From NCBI GenBank assembly GCA_025786725.1, contig JAHLTZ010000009.1, positions 718,258 through 782,257 of the forward strand: a stretch of 64,000 nt of DNA. Reading direction: 5' to 3'. Under the pieces are notes generated by a model. That model did not search any database, was not told the origin of the DNA, and saw only the letters and a list, made by a program, of their open reading frames with translations. The translations under genes and the position numbers were made by a program. The stretch's first letter is position 1. Every line of letters starts with the position of its first letter. Shown here piece by piece: positions 25,333 through 38,600 of the stretch. The DNA comes from Syncephalis fuscata S228 (Eukaryota > Fungi > Zoopagomycota).

Positions 25333-27654
25333 ATGCTTAGTAAGCGTATAATATTTGCGGCTGCATTACTTGCAGCAGCAACAAACAGTGTTTTATCTGT
25401 TTCAGGCGCACCACCTACTAATCAAGACACATCAACAAACCAATCCAAAGATATTGACGTTTCCTTTTTAGGATGGCATTTTAAAACTAATAGCGTTCCT
25501 GACAATCAACAAGGAAACAGTGACGACAACGTTACTTTCTGGACCATTGAAGGCCCAAATGGCAAAAAAATCAGCGGAGAATTACATAATACGCCGAAAT
25601 CTAATAAAGATCTTGATAATAACGATGGTTCTACTGGTAAGGAATATACCTAAATAACAACAGTGTAACTCATAGCCATTTAGATGAAAATGCTAAAACT
25701 ATTCAAACCAACAAGCACGTTAATTTAAAAAGTGATACTCAGACGATAATGGTGATCAGTCAGAAGCTAATACACTAATTGATGAAGTAAACGACGAAAC
25801 AAATGCTAATTTTATGCAGACGCAGTTTGATGAAAATATTAACGAAACTAATGATGCCGTAAATAGTGCCAATTTTGCTAGCTTTACTTCTGGCCATGGT
25901 AGACATAAACCAGCTCCACATCATCCAGTTCCATCTCATCCAAGACATCCAACTCCACCACACCCACATCGCCCTCCACCATCCAGGCCTGCCCCCACCC
26001 ACCACATCATCCACCACATCATCCACCACATCATCCACCGGCACCTAGACCAGTCCCACCAAGGCCAGCACCGCCACCGGCACCTAGACCAGTCCCACCA
26101 AGGCCAGCACCGCCACCAGCACCTAGACCAGTCCCACCAAGGCCAGCACCGCCACCAGCACCTAGACCGGTCCCACCAAGGCCAGCTCCAGCACCGCCTA
26201 AGCCAGCACCACCAGCTCCAAAGCCAGCACCACCAGCTCCAAAGCCAGCACCACCTAAGCCAGCACCAGTACCGCCTAAGCCGGCACCACCAGCACCAAA
26301 GCCAGCACCACCTAAGCCAGCACCAGTACCGCCTAAGCCGGCACCACCAGCACCAAAGCCAGCACCACCTAAGCCAGCACCAGTACCACCTAAGCCGGCA
26401 CCACCAGCTCCAAAGCCAGCACCACCAGCTCCAAAGCCAGCACCGCCAGCTCCAAAGCCAGCACCACCAGCTCCAAAGCCAGCACCACCTAAGCCAGCTC
26501 CAGTACCGCCTAAGCCGGCACCACCAGCTCCAAAGCCAGCACCACCTAAGCCAGCACCAGTACCACCTAAGCCGGCACCACCAGCTCCAAAGCCAGCACC
26601 ACCTAAGCCAGCACCAGTACCGCCTAAGCCGGCACCACCAGCTCCAAAGCCAGCACCACCTAAGCCAGCACCAGTACCGCCTAAGCCGGCACCACCAGTT
26701 CCAAAGCCAGCACCACCAGTACCAAAGCCAGCACCACCTAAGCCAGCACCAGTACCACCTAAGCCGGCACCACCAGCACCAAAGCCAGCACCACCTAAGC
26801 CAGCTCCAGTACCGCCTAAGCCGGCACCACCAGTACCAAAGCCAGCACCACCTAAGCCAGTACCAGTACCACCTAAGCCGGCACCACCAGCTCCAAAGCC
26901 AGCACCACCAGCTCCAAAGCCAGCACCACCAGCTCCAAAGCCAGCACCACCAGCTCCAAAGCCAGCACCACCTAAGCCAGCTCCAGTACCGCCTAAGCCA
27001 GCTCCAGCACCACCAGCACCACCAGCACCAGTGCCAGAGCCACCTAAGCCAGCTCCAGCACCACCAGCACCAGTGCCAGAGCCACCTAAGCCAGCGCCAG
27101 CACCACCAGCACCAGTGCCAGAGCCACCTAAGCCAGCGCCAGCACCACCAGCACCAGTGCCAGAGCCACCTAAGCCAGCGCCAGCACCACCAGCACCAGT
27201 GCCAGAGCCACCTAAGCCAGCGCCAGCACCACCAGCACCAGTGCCAGAGCCACCTAAGCCAGCGCCAGCACCACCAGCACCAGTGCCAGAACCACCTAAG
27301 CCAGCGCCAGCACCACCAGCACCAGTGCCAGAGCCACCTAAGCCAGCGCCAGCACCACCAGCACCAGTGCCAGAACCACCTAAGCCAGCGCCAGCACCAC
27401 CAGCACCAGTGCCAGAGCCACCTAAGCCAGCGCCAGCACCACCAGCACCAGTGCCAGAACCACCTAAATATCCATTCTACCCACCTAGCGGATACCCGCA
27501 AGCACCAGTACCTCAACCTGGTCCATACGTGCCTAGCTATCCAGCCTATCCATATGGTGGATACTCACCACCACCAACATCTCAACGTGGTTCATACGGA
27601 TCTAGCAATCCAGTGAATGGAAATTCAAGATATCGTGGCTATCGTCGCAGATAG
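25333..27654 (+). CDS. Secreted extensin-like proline-rich repeat protein (one intron; apparent frameshifts near 25740 and 25995)
   Basis: Signal peptide MLSKRIIFAAALLAAATNSVLSVSG and an acidic/Asn region, followed by PPHH, PRPVPPRPAPP, PKPAPP and PEPPKPAPAPPAPV repeats in the CCA-rich frame, and a Tyr/Pro/Gly tail. Confidence 0.8.
26000..27468 (+). repeat. Compound coding minisatellite, including 10 full copies plus a partial copy of a 42-bp unit (27031-27468)
   Basis: Successive 12-bp, 39-bp, mixed 21/18-bp and 42-bp units (GTGCCAGAGCCACCTAAGCCAGCGCCAGCACCACCAGCACCA). Confidence 0.95.
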
Positions 27655-28217
27655 TTTATTTTAGTCTTGACTTTATATGCCATCGATTAATAAATTATAG
27701 CAATTTAAACAACGCTGGCCATTTAATATTTGCATTAAAGCATTATTTGCTTAATTAAGTTCTTTGTCAACATAAGCATAACTAAATTAAAGCATACGCC
27801 TATAAACGTGTTTATAAATAATGAACTAAACACTTTGACTTTATTAACTATATTCAGTTCTACTCGCGTAGCTCAATGCATCCGTTTTTCATTCATAACG
27901 TATAAATTGCTGTTGACATTAGATTTATAATTTGAAAACTGGAATGTAATCATTAATAATCAGTATAAACTTTATTTTTATTTTATGATAAGCAAAGAGC
28001 AATAGGTATTTACTCTACCAAGCTGTGCATTATTAGTTATTATTTTCTAGCACACTGTTCTTTCCCAAAATAATATACGTAAACAAAAAACATTAACAAG
28101 AGCGTAAATCAATTACTTTAGCTAATAGTTTGAGTATGCAGAAATTCAGCAATAGATAATTCATTATTCAATAGTATCAAATTTTAAAATAATATGACTA
28201 GAAATGCTATTTAACAC

Positions 28218-29815
28218 TAAATAGTATCTATCTTTAATATATTCACTATTTACTGACAACATGTTCTATGAAAATGAGTAGTTTGGTATCAAATGACATC
28301 ACTATTATCACTTCACATATATTAACAACACAGCACATAATCTACGTCATCACTGTCCTTTCTCTTTCTTTACACTTGACGGCACGTATCCAGTGCATAT
28401 ACTTTTACCTTTTATATATGCTGCCTTGCTAGTATCAGTAGCTGTCTAATACTAATTAAGTACAAATACTATTTACATTCTTGCCTTGCTCTTTTGCAAT
28501 CTGACATTTATGCAAATCACCTTATTTACTCTGCTTATTGGTATTGACAACTTCTTTGACACGGTAAGTGCCTTTGTGGCTTGTTTTTATGCTATGTGGA
28601 GCATATGCTGTAAAAACACGTTGTATGCTTTTGGCAGCATATAGCCGCCACAGGCAGCATGTCCAGCTGCTGTATGTGCGCAGTTGCCAGCACGCTGGCT
28701 GTATTGGCTATATCCACTGTTACCTCTCCGCTGATCGTCTTCCTTGCTCCCTTCCGCTATATATTCCACCAGTCTACAGTTTAAATATGCGCCATTTCTT
28801 TAAATTCTCAAGTAAATCTTGCTATAGCTTGTCAGTTTGGTATGTATTCTGTAAAGATAAACGATGATATGGACATAGCCTTATGTGTTTCCATAGTACA
28901 GCTTAAAAGTATTTTACGTGTGCCTCGCTAAGTAGAATAAAACCATCATAAGTAGCTTTGCAATTATTGTTTATTGTATTCTGTACACGTGCTAGTTCAA
29001 CGTAGAAACGCGCTATCAATATTCATAGCTCCTAATCCAACGTATTGTAAATTTGCTAACTAATGGCGAATACAAGGCGACTAATACTGTTTGTAAGTTT
29101 ATTTTTATATTGGAGCTGTAACATTAAGCTATGACTCTAAAGGCCATTACCATCTTTACTTTAAATAAAACATTGTACATATAAATGGTTGGTCAAAGAT
29201 GTGTATAATATTGGCGATAAAAGTATAATTGCTTATCTAAATGTTTAAGCTAATTGGGTCGAAGTATACAAGCAATATAGCCAGTGACAAAAATGAGTTT
29301 TATTAATAAAGCTTGATTCACAAAGTATATAATGATATAGAGTAAACAACTAGGTAAAAGAAGCTACATGAATAATAACAAATCTGTTATTGTCTATACA
29401 ATCGAGTGAGTGGGATGAGTGAAATAATTAAATATGTATGAAAATACAGTTGGTAATCAACAAACAACTTTTACAATAGCGTGTAATCAGTAGCTGGTAG
29501 AATAATATAAAATAGAACGAATATGCAATAATAAAAACATGAATAGTGATGCTCAACTGTATTGTATATAACTCAATAATTGAAGTAGATGGGGTGCATT
29601 GGAATATATACTGAATAGCATGTGCTTAGTATATTGTAGAATGGGAATGATATAGTGTAGTAAACATATGCATACTAAATAATAAATCTACTATAGTGAG
29701 TATTTTAATCACTGATCTCATTCATCACATAGTTTCATGTTCATTAAATGAATGTTTAGTTTAATAGAGCCAACGTAGTCAAATGTAGTCATTTAACATC
29801 TAAATTATACTAAAT
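28218..29815 (+). mobile_element. Dispersed repeat family A, copy 2 (lacks about 140 bp of the left arm)
   Basis: Differs from copy 1 by only a handful of substitutions and shares its right end AAATGTAGTCATTTAACATCTAAATTATACTAAAT. Confidence 0.85.
28659..28784 (+). CDS. Putative 41-aa Cys-rich hydrophobic peptide carried by repeat A (copy 2)
   Basis: Same ORF as in copy 1. Upstream donor G|GTAAGT at about 28563, with acceptors TTGGCAG and CATATAG just before the ATG. Confidence 0.45.
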   Translation: MSSCCMCAVASTLAVLAISTVTSPLIVFLAPFRYIFHQSTV

Positions 29816-30151
29816 GTTTAATGCATTGTTTAATATTAGTGTAGTGATCTTAAAACAAATATTTGTTATTTTTGTTTAAATCAATAATACAGTGTAGCTG
29901 TATCGAGTGTAATTAGCTATCATATGCTAATAACATAATACGAGTTAAGTAATTAAATAGCATGTTACATCTATTATCTTATTGTTATTGCAACTATATT
30001 TTATCCTTGCGTTTGTATAGCTATCAAGGTATACTATAGTTATTCTACAATAAACAATCAATAGCATTTTTACACAACATTATAAGCACCTATATATCAT
30101 AGTTTATTTAAAAAACACAACGGACACTATAAGAATGCTATTTTGGTTGAT

Positions 30152-30921
30152 TGTACTTTGGCTCCCACATTTAGAGTCCTCAAAGCAAAATTCGTTTTAA
30201 TTAAAGCCAATTGTAACAAAGTGGCCGTAGGATGACCACTGTTACTGCTGTTATGCATAACAAACCACAAGTATAGTGTTTTTATTTGATTACTTGAAAT
30301 TCATGAGGTCGATCGTTGTTGTTGGCTATGCATAGAAAGATTGATAGAATATTAATAAAAGCCATTGATTGCGATTCCATATCGTCTCGCAGTTGTTATT
30401 GTTGTTACTACGTACAGTGTGATTTCTTTGCGTCTAAATGGCCTCTTTTATTTTCCAATCTTCTACTATTGCATTTTGGGCATATTTGTGATGTAAGATA
30501 CTCGTCTATGGTGACAAAAAGGTAGGACGACTAGTATTTCCGATGTTCACCATTCTCTTGAGCATTCTTGGTATCAACTTGGTAGGTGCCGATTATTTGC
30601 CAACCATCGATGAAGCAAATGGCCTCCATTATATGCAATAATGATAGGTTGAGTGTCTTTATTAAAAGTTCTTGTGGCGGCAGTTTAACCAGATAATACG
30701 GCATACCGTCGAGGTTACTTGAATAGATATCAATGTAAAATAAAATAAATAAAGACTAGGGATTGAATAGTGTTTTTTATTGATGTTAAAATACGCATGC
30801 TATTTATATTGTTATATTCGGCATTATCAGATAATATATTACTGAATAGAACAATAAGATAGCGATAAGAAAAAGGTAGTGAACTGAGTAAATAAAAAAT
30901 GTGGGAGTCAAAGTACAGTAG
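30152..30921 (+). mobile_element. MITE-like family B, copy with the best-preserved TIRs
   Basis: TGTACTTTGGCTCCCACATTT ... AAATGTGGGAGTCAAAGTACA: 21-bp TIR with 1 mismatch, followed by GTAG. Confidence 0.88.
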
Positions 30922-31111
30922 CGGAGCATTTTAGTAAGTACAATGATATCTATCCTGTGACACTTTATTCAGCGTCAAGCTGTATAAAGTTATCATTTCT
31001 ACAACATTAGTATAATTAGCACGTTGTCATTTCTATACGATTTATTACTATTATTATTATTATTACGACATCAACAAACCATTACAATGTCGTATATAAT
31101 ATATAATATAT

Positions 31112-31711
31112 TTAAAGAGCTCGTCCTCGCCGACGAATACGAGCAATAACTGCACCAGTCACTAGACCCAATATAAGCATTCCTACCACTACACCAGCGC
31201 CCATTAGTATAACGTTGCTATTGATACCAAGGGAAGAAGACGATGATGATGATGGTGGATCAGAATGTGCTGTCATTATACGATTGCTGTCTTCTTGCTG
31301 CACAGTTCTCACAATACCAGTCGTATGCACTGACTGAGCTACTACATCGCCTTCATTGTTATGGACAGTGTTAACGGCAATATCTCCATTATCAGACTTG
31401 CTTTTCGAGGAGGGGGGTATTAAAGATGAAGTTGGCGCACCATCTTCGATCTGAATTAGCGATTTTTTATTAGGTGGTTTACTATTGGCTGTATTAGCGG
31501 CCGTGCTATCAGAAGCAGCAGCATTCTTTTCTTTATTGGCATTGCCGCTATCGGCTTTTTTGTCGCCTTCTTTGTGTGGTGGCGCCGTGTCCACTAATGG
31601 CATTGGCACGGCCGCAACAGAGGCCTTTCTATTCACGAGCAATAATAACAGTGAAGCAAGCTCTAAAGTAATACACATATTGAACAAATTTATGGATGTG
31701 ACACGATTCAT
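31112..31711 (-). CDS. Type I single-pass membrane protein of unknown function
   Basis: Hydrophobic N-terminus (LASLLLLLV..SVAAVP), disordered ectodomain, TM segment VILMGAGVVVGMLILGLVTGAVIA, and a stop-transfer RIRRR. Confidence 0.75.
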   Translation of the reverse strand: MNRVTSINLFNMCITLELASLLLLLVNRKASVAAVPMPLVDTAPPHKEGDKKADSGNANKEKNAAASDSTAANTANSKPPNKKSLIQIEDGAPTSSLIPPSSKSKSDNGDIAVNTVHNNEGDVVAQSVHTTGIVRTVQQEDSNRIMTAHSDPPSSSSSSSLGINSNVILMGAGVVVGMLILGLVTGAVIARIRRRGRAL

Positions 31712-32696
31712 GGTGTCAGAATGAAACAAAAGTTATTAAGGCCAATGGATGTTTATATGAGTGAATATTGTATGTTGTATGTAAGTATATATCGGAAAAG
31801 GCAGCAGAAAAGGTAAGGCGGTGTACACGAGCGATACAGAAGAGAAAGAGGTTGAAAGAGCATTGTACCGCTAACCGTGCCACGATTCAAGCGTATTCCC
31901 CCCTCCTCTCCTCCCCAATACACGCGTCCATCATGGCATCTTCTATGGACGGCCAACTACCAATCAAGCGGTGCTTGAACAAGTATGTGCATATTGCACT
32001 ATTTACCCAAACCAAGTCTGCCAACTCGGCAATCTATTTATAAACCGGCTGGCATCACTATGCTTTATTTAGCTGAACTTAAAACGCACTACAATTGTTT
32101 CAACACTTGTCAATTGAATACAGTCGAACACTAGCCAATGGTGTTATAGACGCTTTAATTAACATATAAAACACCTATCCTTATGCCCACCCACGCATAC
32201 ACCTGAGTAACCATATGGCCTCAATCGTTCCTGACCAATCGTTCAAACGTTATTTGAATCTACTAGATCCTATTGAATTAGAGAGAAAAAGGAAATACGA
32301 ATAAAATAGTCCTCCATTGACCGTTCACTGTCAATGATTTACTTTGTCCCTTTCCCTCCATATATATATTCACAACAACAATAGTAGTAATAGCAATAGT
32401 CTTAATAACAATAGCAATAGCAATAACAATAGTAGAGTCTCCGCACTCTGAATCAAACTTGTTCAACCTCAGAGTTATGCTTATACGCTTTGTGTTGGGT
32501 ACCCCTCACCTTTACTGCTGATACCTTTACCTTTCTTTACTTTGGTTCATATATTCTACTTTAAATTCTAGGCAATTATTACTGCCACCATCCGTCTTTT
32601 GGTTTTATTTTGTTTTTTGTTTTGGAATAGTTGAATTCGGTTATTCTTTAGTAATCTTTACTTACTTAATATTAATTAGGGCGGTTTTACTGAGCG

Positions 32697-35600
32697 ATGA
32701 ACGTCGACAGCCACCGCCGGCGTCGCCAGAGTGCGGGTATGCGGAGCAGGATGTCGGCTCCTATAAGCAATGGTGCTCGTAGCGACGGCGAATACTCTAC
32801 TGCACCTAGTCAGCATCGTTCGCGCGACTTTGCACCAAACTTTCCACCAATGTTGGGCCGTCAAGGCCAACGCGCCGTTTCTATTGTAGTTAGTAATCGT
32901 CATCCGGAAGTAGAGTTGCGTACACTGCATCCGTGTATTCTATCGGGTATTATTACATGCGGTCGTCTACCTTCAAGCTCGTTAGGCAGCGGTGATAGAC
33001 GCGAAGTAGTTTACACCACCGAGCCAGTCTATCATGACGGTCCAACCCACGAGATACGAGAAGAGACACGCGGCGGCTTTATCTATCAGCTACGTGGTCG
33101 ACGTGGTATGCCAATGTCACGTCGGCTATTTTTATTTATTTCTTGGTCAGTGCCAGGTACCGGATCCAACTGTCGATGTGTTATTCAAGTGGTCGAGGCG
33201 GATCACTGTGCATTTCCAGATGAATGGCTTGAAGTACGTGGCCAGTTTCGTCGTTTAACTAGACAGCGAATGGGAAGTAGCGGAGGTGTACGTATTGATC
33301 GGCGTCGTAAGGATTCAACGGGCGGTCCAGTTAATGCCATGTCACAAGGATATAGTGGAGATACGATGGACAGTGGTGCATACAGTGACGGCGAGTCAAT
33401 TATGTCAACGTCATCAGTAGCATCAAAGCGACAGACACCACGTTGTCGAGAACGACATCGGTATATACTTGATGAGGATAGAATAGCATTTACGGTTGTA
33501 TCTTATATGGAAATGATACAAGACCGTGTTGAGCTACGTGTCGATGTAGTAGACGAAGCATTTGATGGATATTCTGACGGTAAATCAATGGCCAAACGCA
33601 CCTCGCCTATTTGGCTAGAACCACTTGGTGACGACGACGACAATGGTGATCAAGATAGTGCAGACGAAGGGATGAATGGAAATAATGGTGCAATGTACAA
33701 TCATAACGAGGCGGCTGATAGCAATACGAATTCTATGGGCGGATTTGATGAAAGACAGTAAGTATTAAAAGAAGAAAAAGAAATGATAAATAAGTGGTAA
33801 ATTAACTGTTTAAAATAGAGGATCAAATATTGGATCAGCTAATGGATTTAATCGTGAATCTGGTAAGTGATTTTGTTAGTAATTTGTGTATAGTTATTTA
33901 TGATTAAATATTACTTTAATTGGTAATTACTTAATTAATATGTTAATTTATATTTAAATGTGCTATAATTAGATCCACGTACCAATAGTATTGCCAGTCG
34001 AATGTTTAGACATGTCACTGTAACTATACGTAATCGACATCACGGTCTTATGCTTGCTGGTCCACATATGGACATGCGACGTGGTAGAAGCCAAAATACA
34101 CCAGATAGTTCAATTATGGCAGGCAGTAAAGATATGACATGTGTGTTTCGATCAGGTGTATTGGGCGCAAGCGGTATTAAAGGCTGTCTAATTTACCAAA
34201 TTATTCCACGTGCTGTCGTTGAAACGATGTCAATTGTCCAGCGACAGTTTTTGGTTATTGTATGGGATGTTCATTCGTCTCTTAGTTCAGATAGTAAGTC
34301 GCGTAAAGATTCAAGTCGTGCATCGGGACGTCGTCTACGTGCATTTGTATTCACAGTGGATCGGCCACGATTTCCACACGATAGAGCAGAACGTGAACGA
34401 TTCTTTCGTGTTGTTTATGGTGAATTGGCCAAAGCAACCGACGGCGCTTATCGTGGCGCGCGATGGTGTGGCCGTATCGGCGAAGAATGCTACACCTGTC
34501 GCGTAAAACCACTATTTAGTGAAGGCGGTGACGGCCGACTTATGCCTACGGGCATTGTAGCTGAATTTCGTCCCATGAAATCACACCGATTGTCAGGTCG
34601 ATGGCCCATATTTGTTCCGCCAGAGTTATTCGTGTAAGTTATTGCTATTAATGTTATGATCATCAGTTAGAGTGTATTATGGAATGAAAATGTGGTTTGA
34701 TTAATTATTAATGACGTATTTAATAGTTTTCAATCATCGACAGCTGCGCTTAAAGTACGTGAAGTAGTCGGTCAACATAACATAACGGCCGATAGTGAGA
34801 AACGGGCGCCCAATTCAGTAATGGTTGTTTTGTTAGAAAATCGCCACTCATCAATTTCATTGAATCTGCGCTCACATGACGCCAATATTTACATTGGGGA
34901 ACGTATGCAGGGATTGGCAGGTCAATTGCACCTTGATGAATACGATGTAGCAACATTGTTACTGGATCGTATACATTTACGACAAAAGAATGCTTTATTT
35001 GGCAAACAACGTACAGTATTTGGCTATACTGTTTATGAATTAAGCGATACAACGACTCGTCATATGCCAAGTCACCCACACGAATCACAACAATTCCAGA
35101 ATCAACGACAACAGCGGCAGTTACGCCAACACTCGCAATCTAATCCACAATATAATTCATCCATGGCTTCTAAATCAAATGCATCACTAATGACCACGAA
35201 TACAACGACAACAATGACGGGTGGACCATCACTACCCATTAAAGAGTCACGATTTCTACTTATTGGCTGGATCAAGCTTTCAGGCCGAAATATTAAATTT
35301 GCCGTTACTGTATTCAGAGCGGTTTCCAGCGTGGATCAAGTGCCAAATGGATTGCCAGAGTCACCAGCACTTAGACAGTATCTTTATCGTACATTTATTT
35401 CATATGCTCATGGCAATACAGGTATTTGGGAACAGAGCACAGATTCAGGTCGACCTTACAAAAGCCAGCAAATGCCCATCGCTCCATCCAATGCATCAGC
35501 ATCGTCATTATTATTAAGTGCAACGCCAGCACAACCAGCCTGGCTTCAAGGATTATCTTATTCCAGTTATTTAGGTATAGGCCAGACACCAGTATTATCA

Positions 35601-38600
35601 GTTCAGTTATTTGAGGTAAGTAAATGGATCACTGTGAATTAACACTACATATTATTAGACTATAATTTATGATATATTTTGTTAAATTATAATTAGCATT
35701 GTATTTACTACACTATAATTGACTTTATAATTTATAATACTAATATCATATTTTATTATGATGAATACACCTAGGCGGATAATGTACCCAAGAGTCCTGC
35801 ACATGATACTTATCCTAAAGGTAAGAGTATAAAGCTGGTATTTTTTATTTGATTAAAACGTAATACTTATATAACCTTGTTTATAAATTACTACTAGGCG
35901 AACTTCGATATGCTGGCCTCCTACGGAATTGCACCTTCAGTCGATAATGCCCACGGTGGACTTCGTCTAATTAACGGACGATTCTTTTCGGTAGGCAGTC
36001 AATGTGTCGCTGAAATGGAACGACATTTGGATCCAGGTGATAAATCTACCGGTATCTACACGCCAGATTTCACTGGACGTGCGGCGGCAGCAGCAAGTCA
36101 ATCAATTGGCGTTATTTGCTTTCAAGTTGTTGATACAGGCAGTAATCTGCTGCAGTATTCGCCGCATGTTATTATTTCCTGGTGTATTGGCGGCGAGGCA
36201 GGCAAAGAATCATTACAATTTCACGCTGATATTTTACAAGATCGTGATGTTGGCTACGATGGCCGACAAGGTGCTTTACATGCACCGAATATTTATAATC
36301 AAGTTGTTTCGTCGTCGTTATCAAAGCTATCAAATAGAGACGATGGTAACGACGATGGCAATGATGAAGCAACAGTAACTGGCACAGCAACTGGTGAATG
36401 GATTATGGAGTGTACCGCCTTGTTAGATGTGCGTATTCCTTATCGTATTAGTACTCGTGTATGGATGAGTGAAGCAGGTCAGCTGTGTTATAGCGTTATA
36501 GTTTCGGGTAAAGGCAGTGTAAGTTACATACAGAATTTGTAGCAATAAGCGCTATAGCTAAATCACTAAATATTAATTAGAGATCAGCTCGACGATCAAG
36601 TGCTAGTAGTACTCATAGTCAAGCAATGTCTATGACAGCAGCTCGTTGTAAGTATAAATAGTCTTTTATTAATACAAATATATACTTATTTTATATTAGT
36701 GAGAAAAGGATCAATGCCTTCATTATCTGCATCGCAATTAGCCACGACAGCACAGTGGCGTACTTCAACAATGAGTACATCAACAGCTATCACCACAATG
36801 ACAATGAACACAGAAGTATCAAGAAGTAATATGCCTATTACTAATAGATTATCCGATCGTACAAGTATGGGATCGCAGTATAATGCCATCTATGGCATGC
36901 GCGGTGCTTCTACAACCGATCCTTCATTAGTACTACCAAAAATGCCAATTGTATCGCAACTATCTATTCATCATTTACCGCCACCGCCATTACCAACAAG
37001 TTTATCGATTAGAATATCAATACTGAATCGAATTTCATCAGTTGAATTCTGTACACCACGTACCTTTTTACTCACATGCCATCACCAACACCTACAACAA
37101 CAGCAACAACAGCATTCCCCGTTAAAGCTATTTTACCAAAGGATTCAGTTGATTTCACTATTGATTTACCATTGGCAAAAGAACAATATACTACTGCTGA
37201 TAGTAATGATAACACTATTAAAGCCGCTGCTCTTAAAGGATGTATTATGTATGAAGTAAAAGAGATGGTGGCTAATACCGATGAGTCAGCAAACAAGATA
37301 CCAGATGGTACCTTTTTTGCGATAGGATGGTCAATTGAGCCGAGAGGCCAACGACAATTCTTTGCATCAATTGCCCACATTCCTGGTGTGATGGCCACAG
37401 TGAATATGCGATCACAAAAGTCGTCACCACAAGTACGTCGTATTATTGATTTACTTGTGGCTGACGATAAAGGTCGTACACAACTATTTACACAATTGGC
37501 CCACACGCGATTTAAATCAGCTGGCCAATCGATGCGGCAAGCTTATATGTTACCTTGCGGCACATCAGTTGGTGTGGCGGCTAGTATGACTCCAGATGAG
37601 CATATTAGCATGGATGTTGTATTATGGCCAGCATCTGAAGCGGTCGGTTCGCCAAAATTGACATCAGAAATTACATCACCAGTATCGCCACCATCGCCAC
37701 CGTTACCAGAAGTAAGGTAATGTTTATAAATATAATATGTGTGTGATTTATTAATTAATTAATTATATAACAGACAAGTAAAAGAACACTCCAATATTAC
37801 TTCGCCGGTATCGCCACCACCGCCGTTGCCACCACCACGACGTCGACCGCCTATGTCGTCACCACCAGCACTGCCACCGCCAGCATCCGAGTCAAAGCCA
37901 ATTCTTATGCCATCTTTGTCGACACGTAAGTTATTAAACTAGTTTTGTCTATAAACCATTTACATTTAATTGCTATAGACAACCGACTACGTGCTATATC
38001 AGATGTATCTGATACTAGCCTGCCGTCGGAAATGCCACCAGCAGTCCCTCGGCCTATATTGCCGCCACCACCTGTGCCAGAGGAGTCAACACCGCTGTCA
38101 AGCTTTAAAATTCTACTTTGCATTGAACAGCGCCATCGTCAAGTACACCTTTGCCGTTTACACGAACGTATGGTTCATGGTGTGTGTGAGAAAGCACCGC
38201 TGGCTACAATGATGCTTGGTCAAGATAGTTTATCAACCTATTGTACTGATCGTATAAACTTGCCAGATAAAGGTAATGCGGCGATTGAAGGCTCAATTGT
38301 CTATGGGTTTACTTCAGCCGCATCAACCTTTGGTATTGGTGGCCATTGTTTATCGATAAGATGGCGGGTCAATGGTGAGGAAAAGTCGAAGGGCAGTGCT
38401 TACTCCGTCGCCGTCTTTCGACTTGATCTAGAAGCAATGCCCGAAGACGATATGGATTGGGACTATTTGCTTGATACAATGCACGAGCATGATGATTGGC
38501 AAACAACAGGCACCAATACAACTCGCTACTATTTATTCGCCGATGATAGCCGACGACTTGCATTGCATGCCAATATGTTTATTGAGCCAATGGTCGTTGC

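Noticed and set aside
26000-27468. CRISPR-like or telomere-like regular repeat
   Set aside because: There are no unique spacers, unit lengths are multiples of 3, and the repeat lies inside a coding sequence.
25814-27616. 600-aa His/Gln-rich ORF and 526-aa antisense Trp/Cys-rich ORF
   Set aside because: These are shadow frames of CCA/GCA-rich proline repeats. The Pro frame connects to the sensible C-terminus; only the first ~60 aa of the 25814 ORF are likely real.
28568-28867. 99-aa ORF (and antisense 60/98-aa ORFs) recurring in all repeat-A copies
   Set aside because: It starts at a GTG inside the splice donor and recurs only because the DNA is near-identical. It has no transposase or other recognisable motif.
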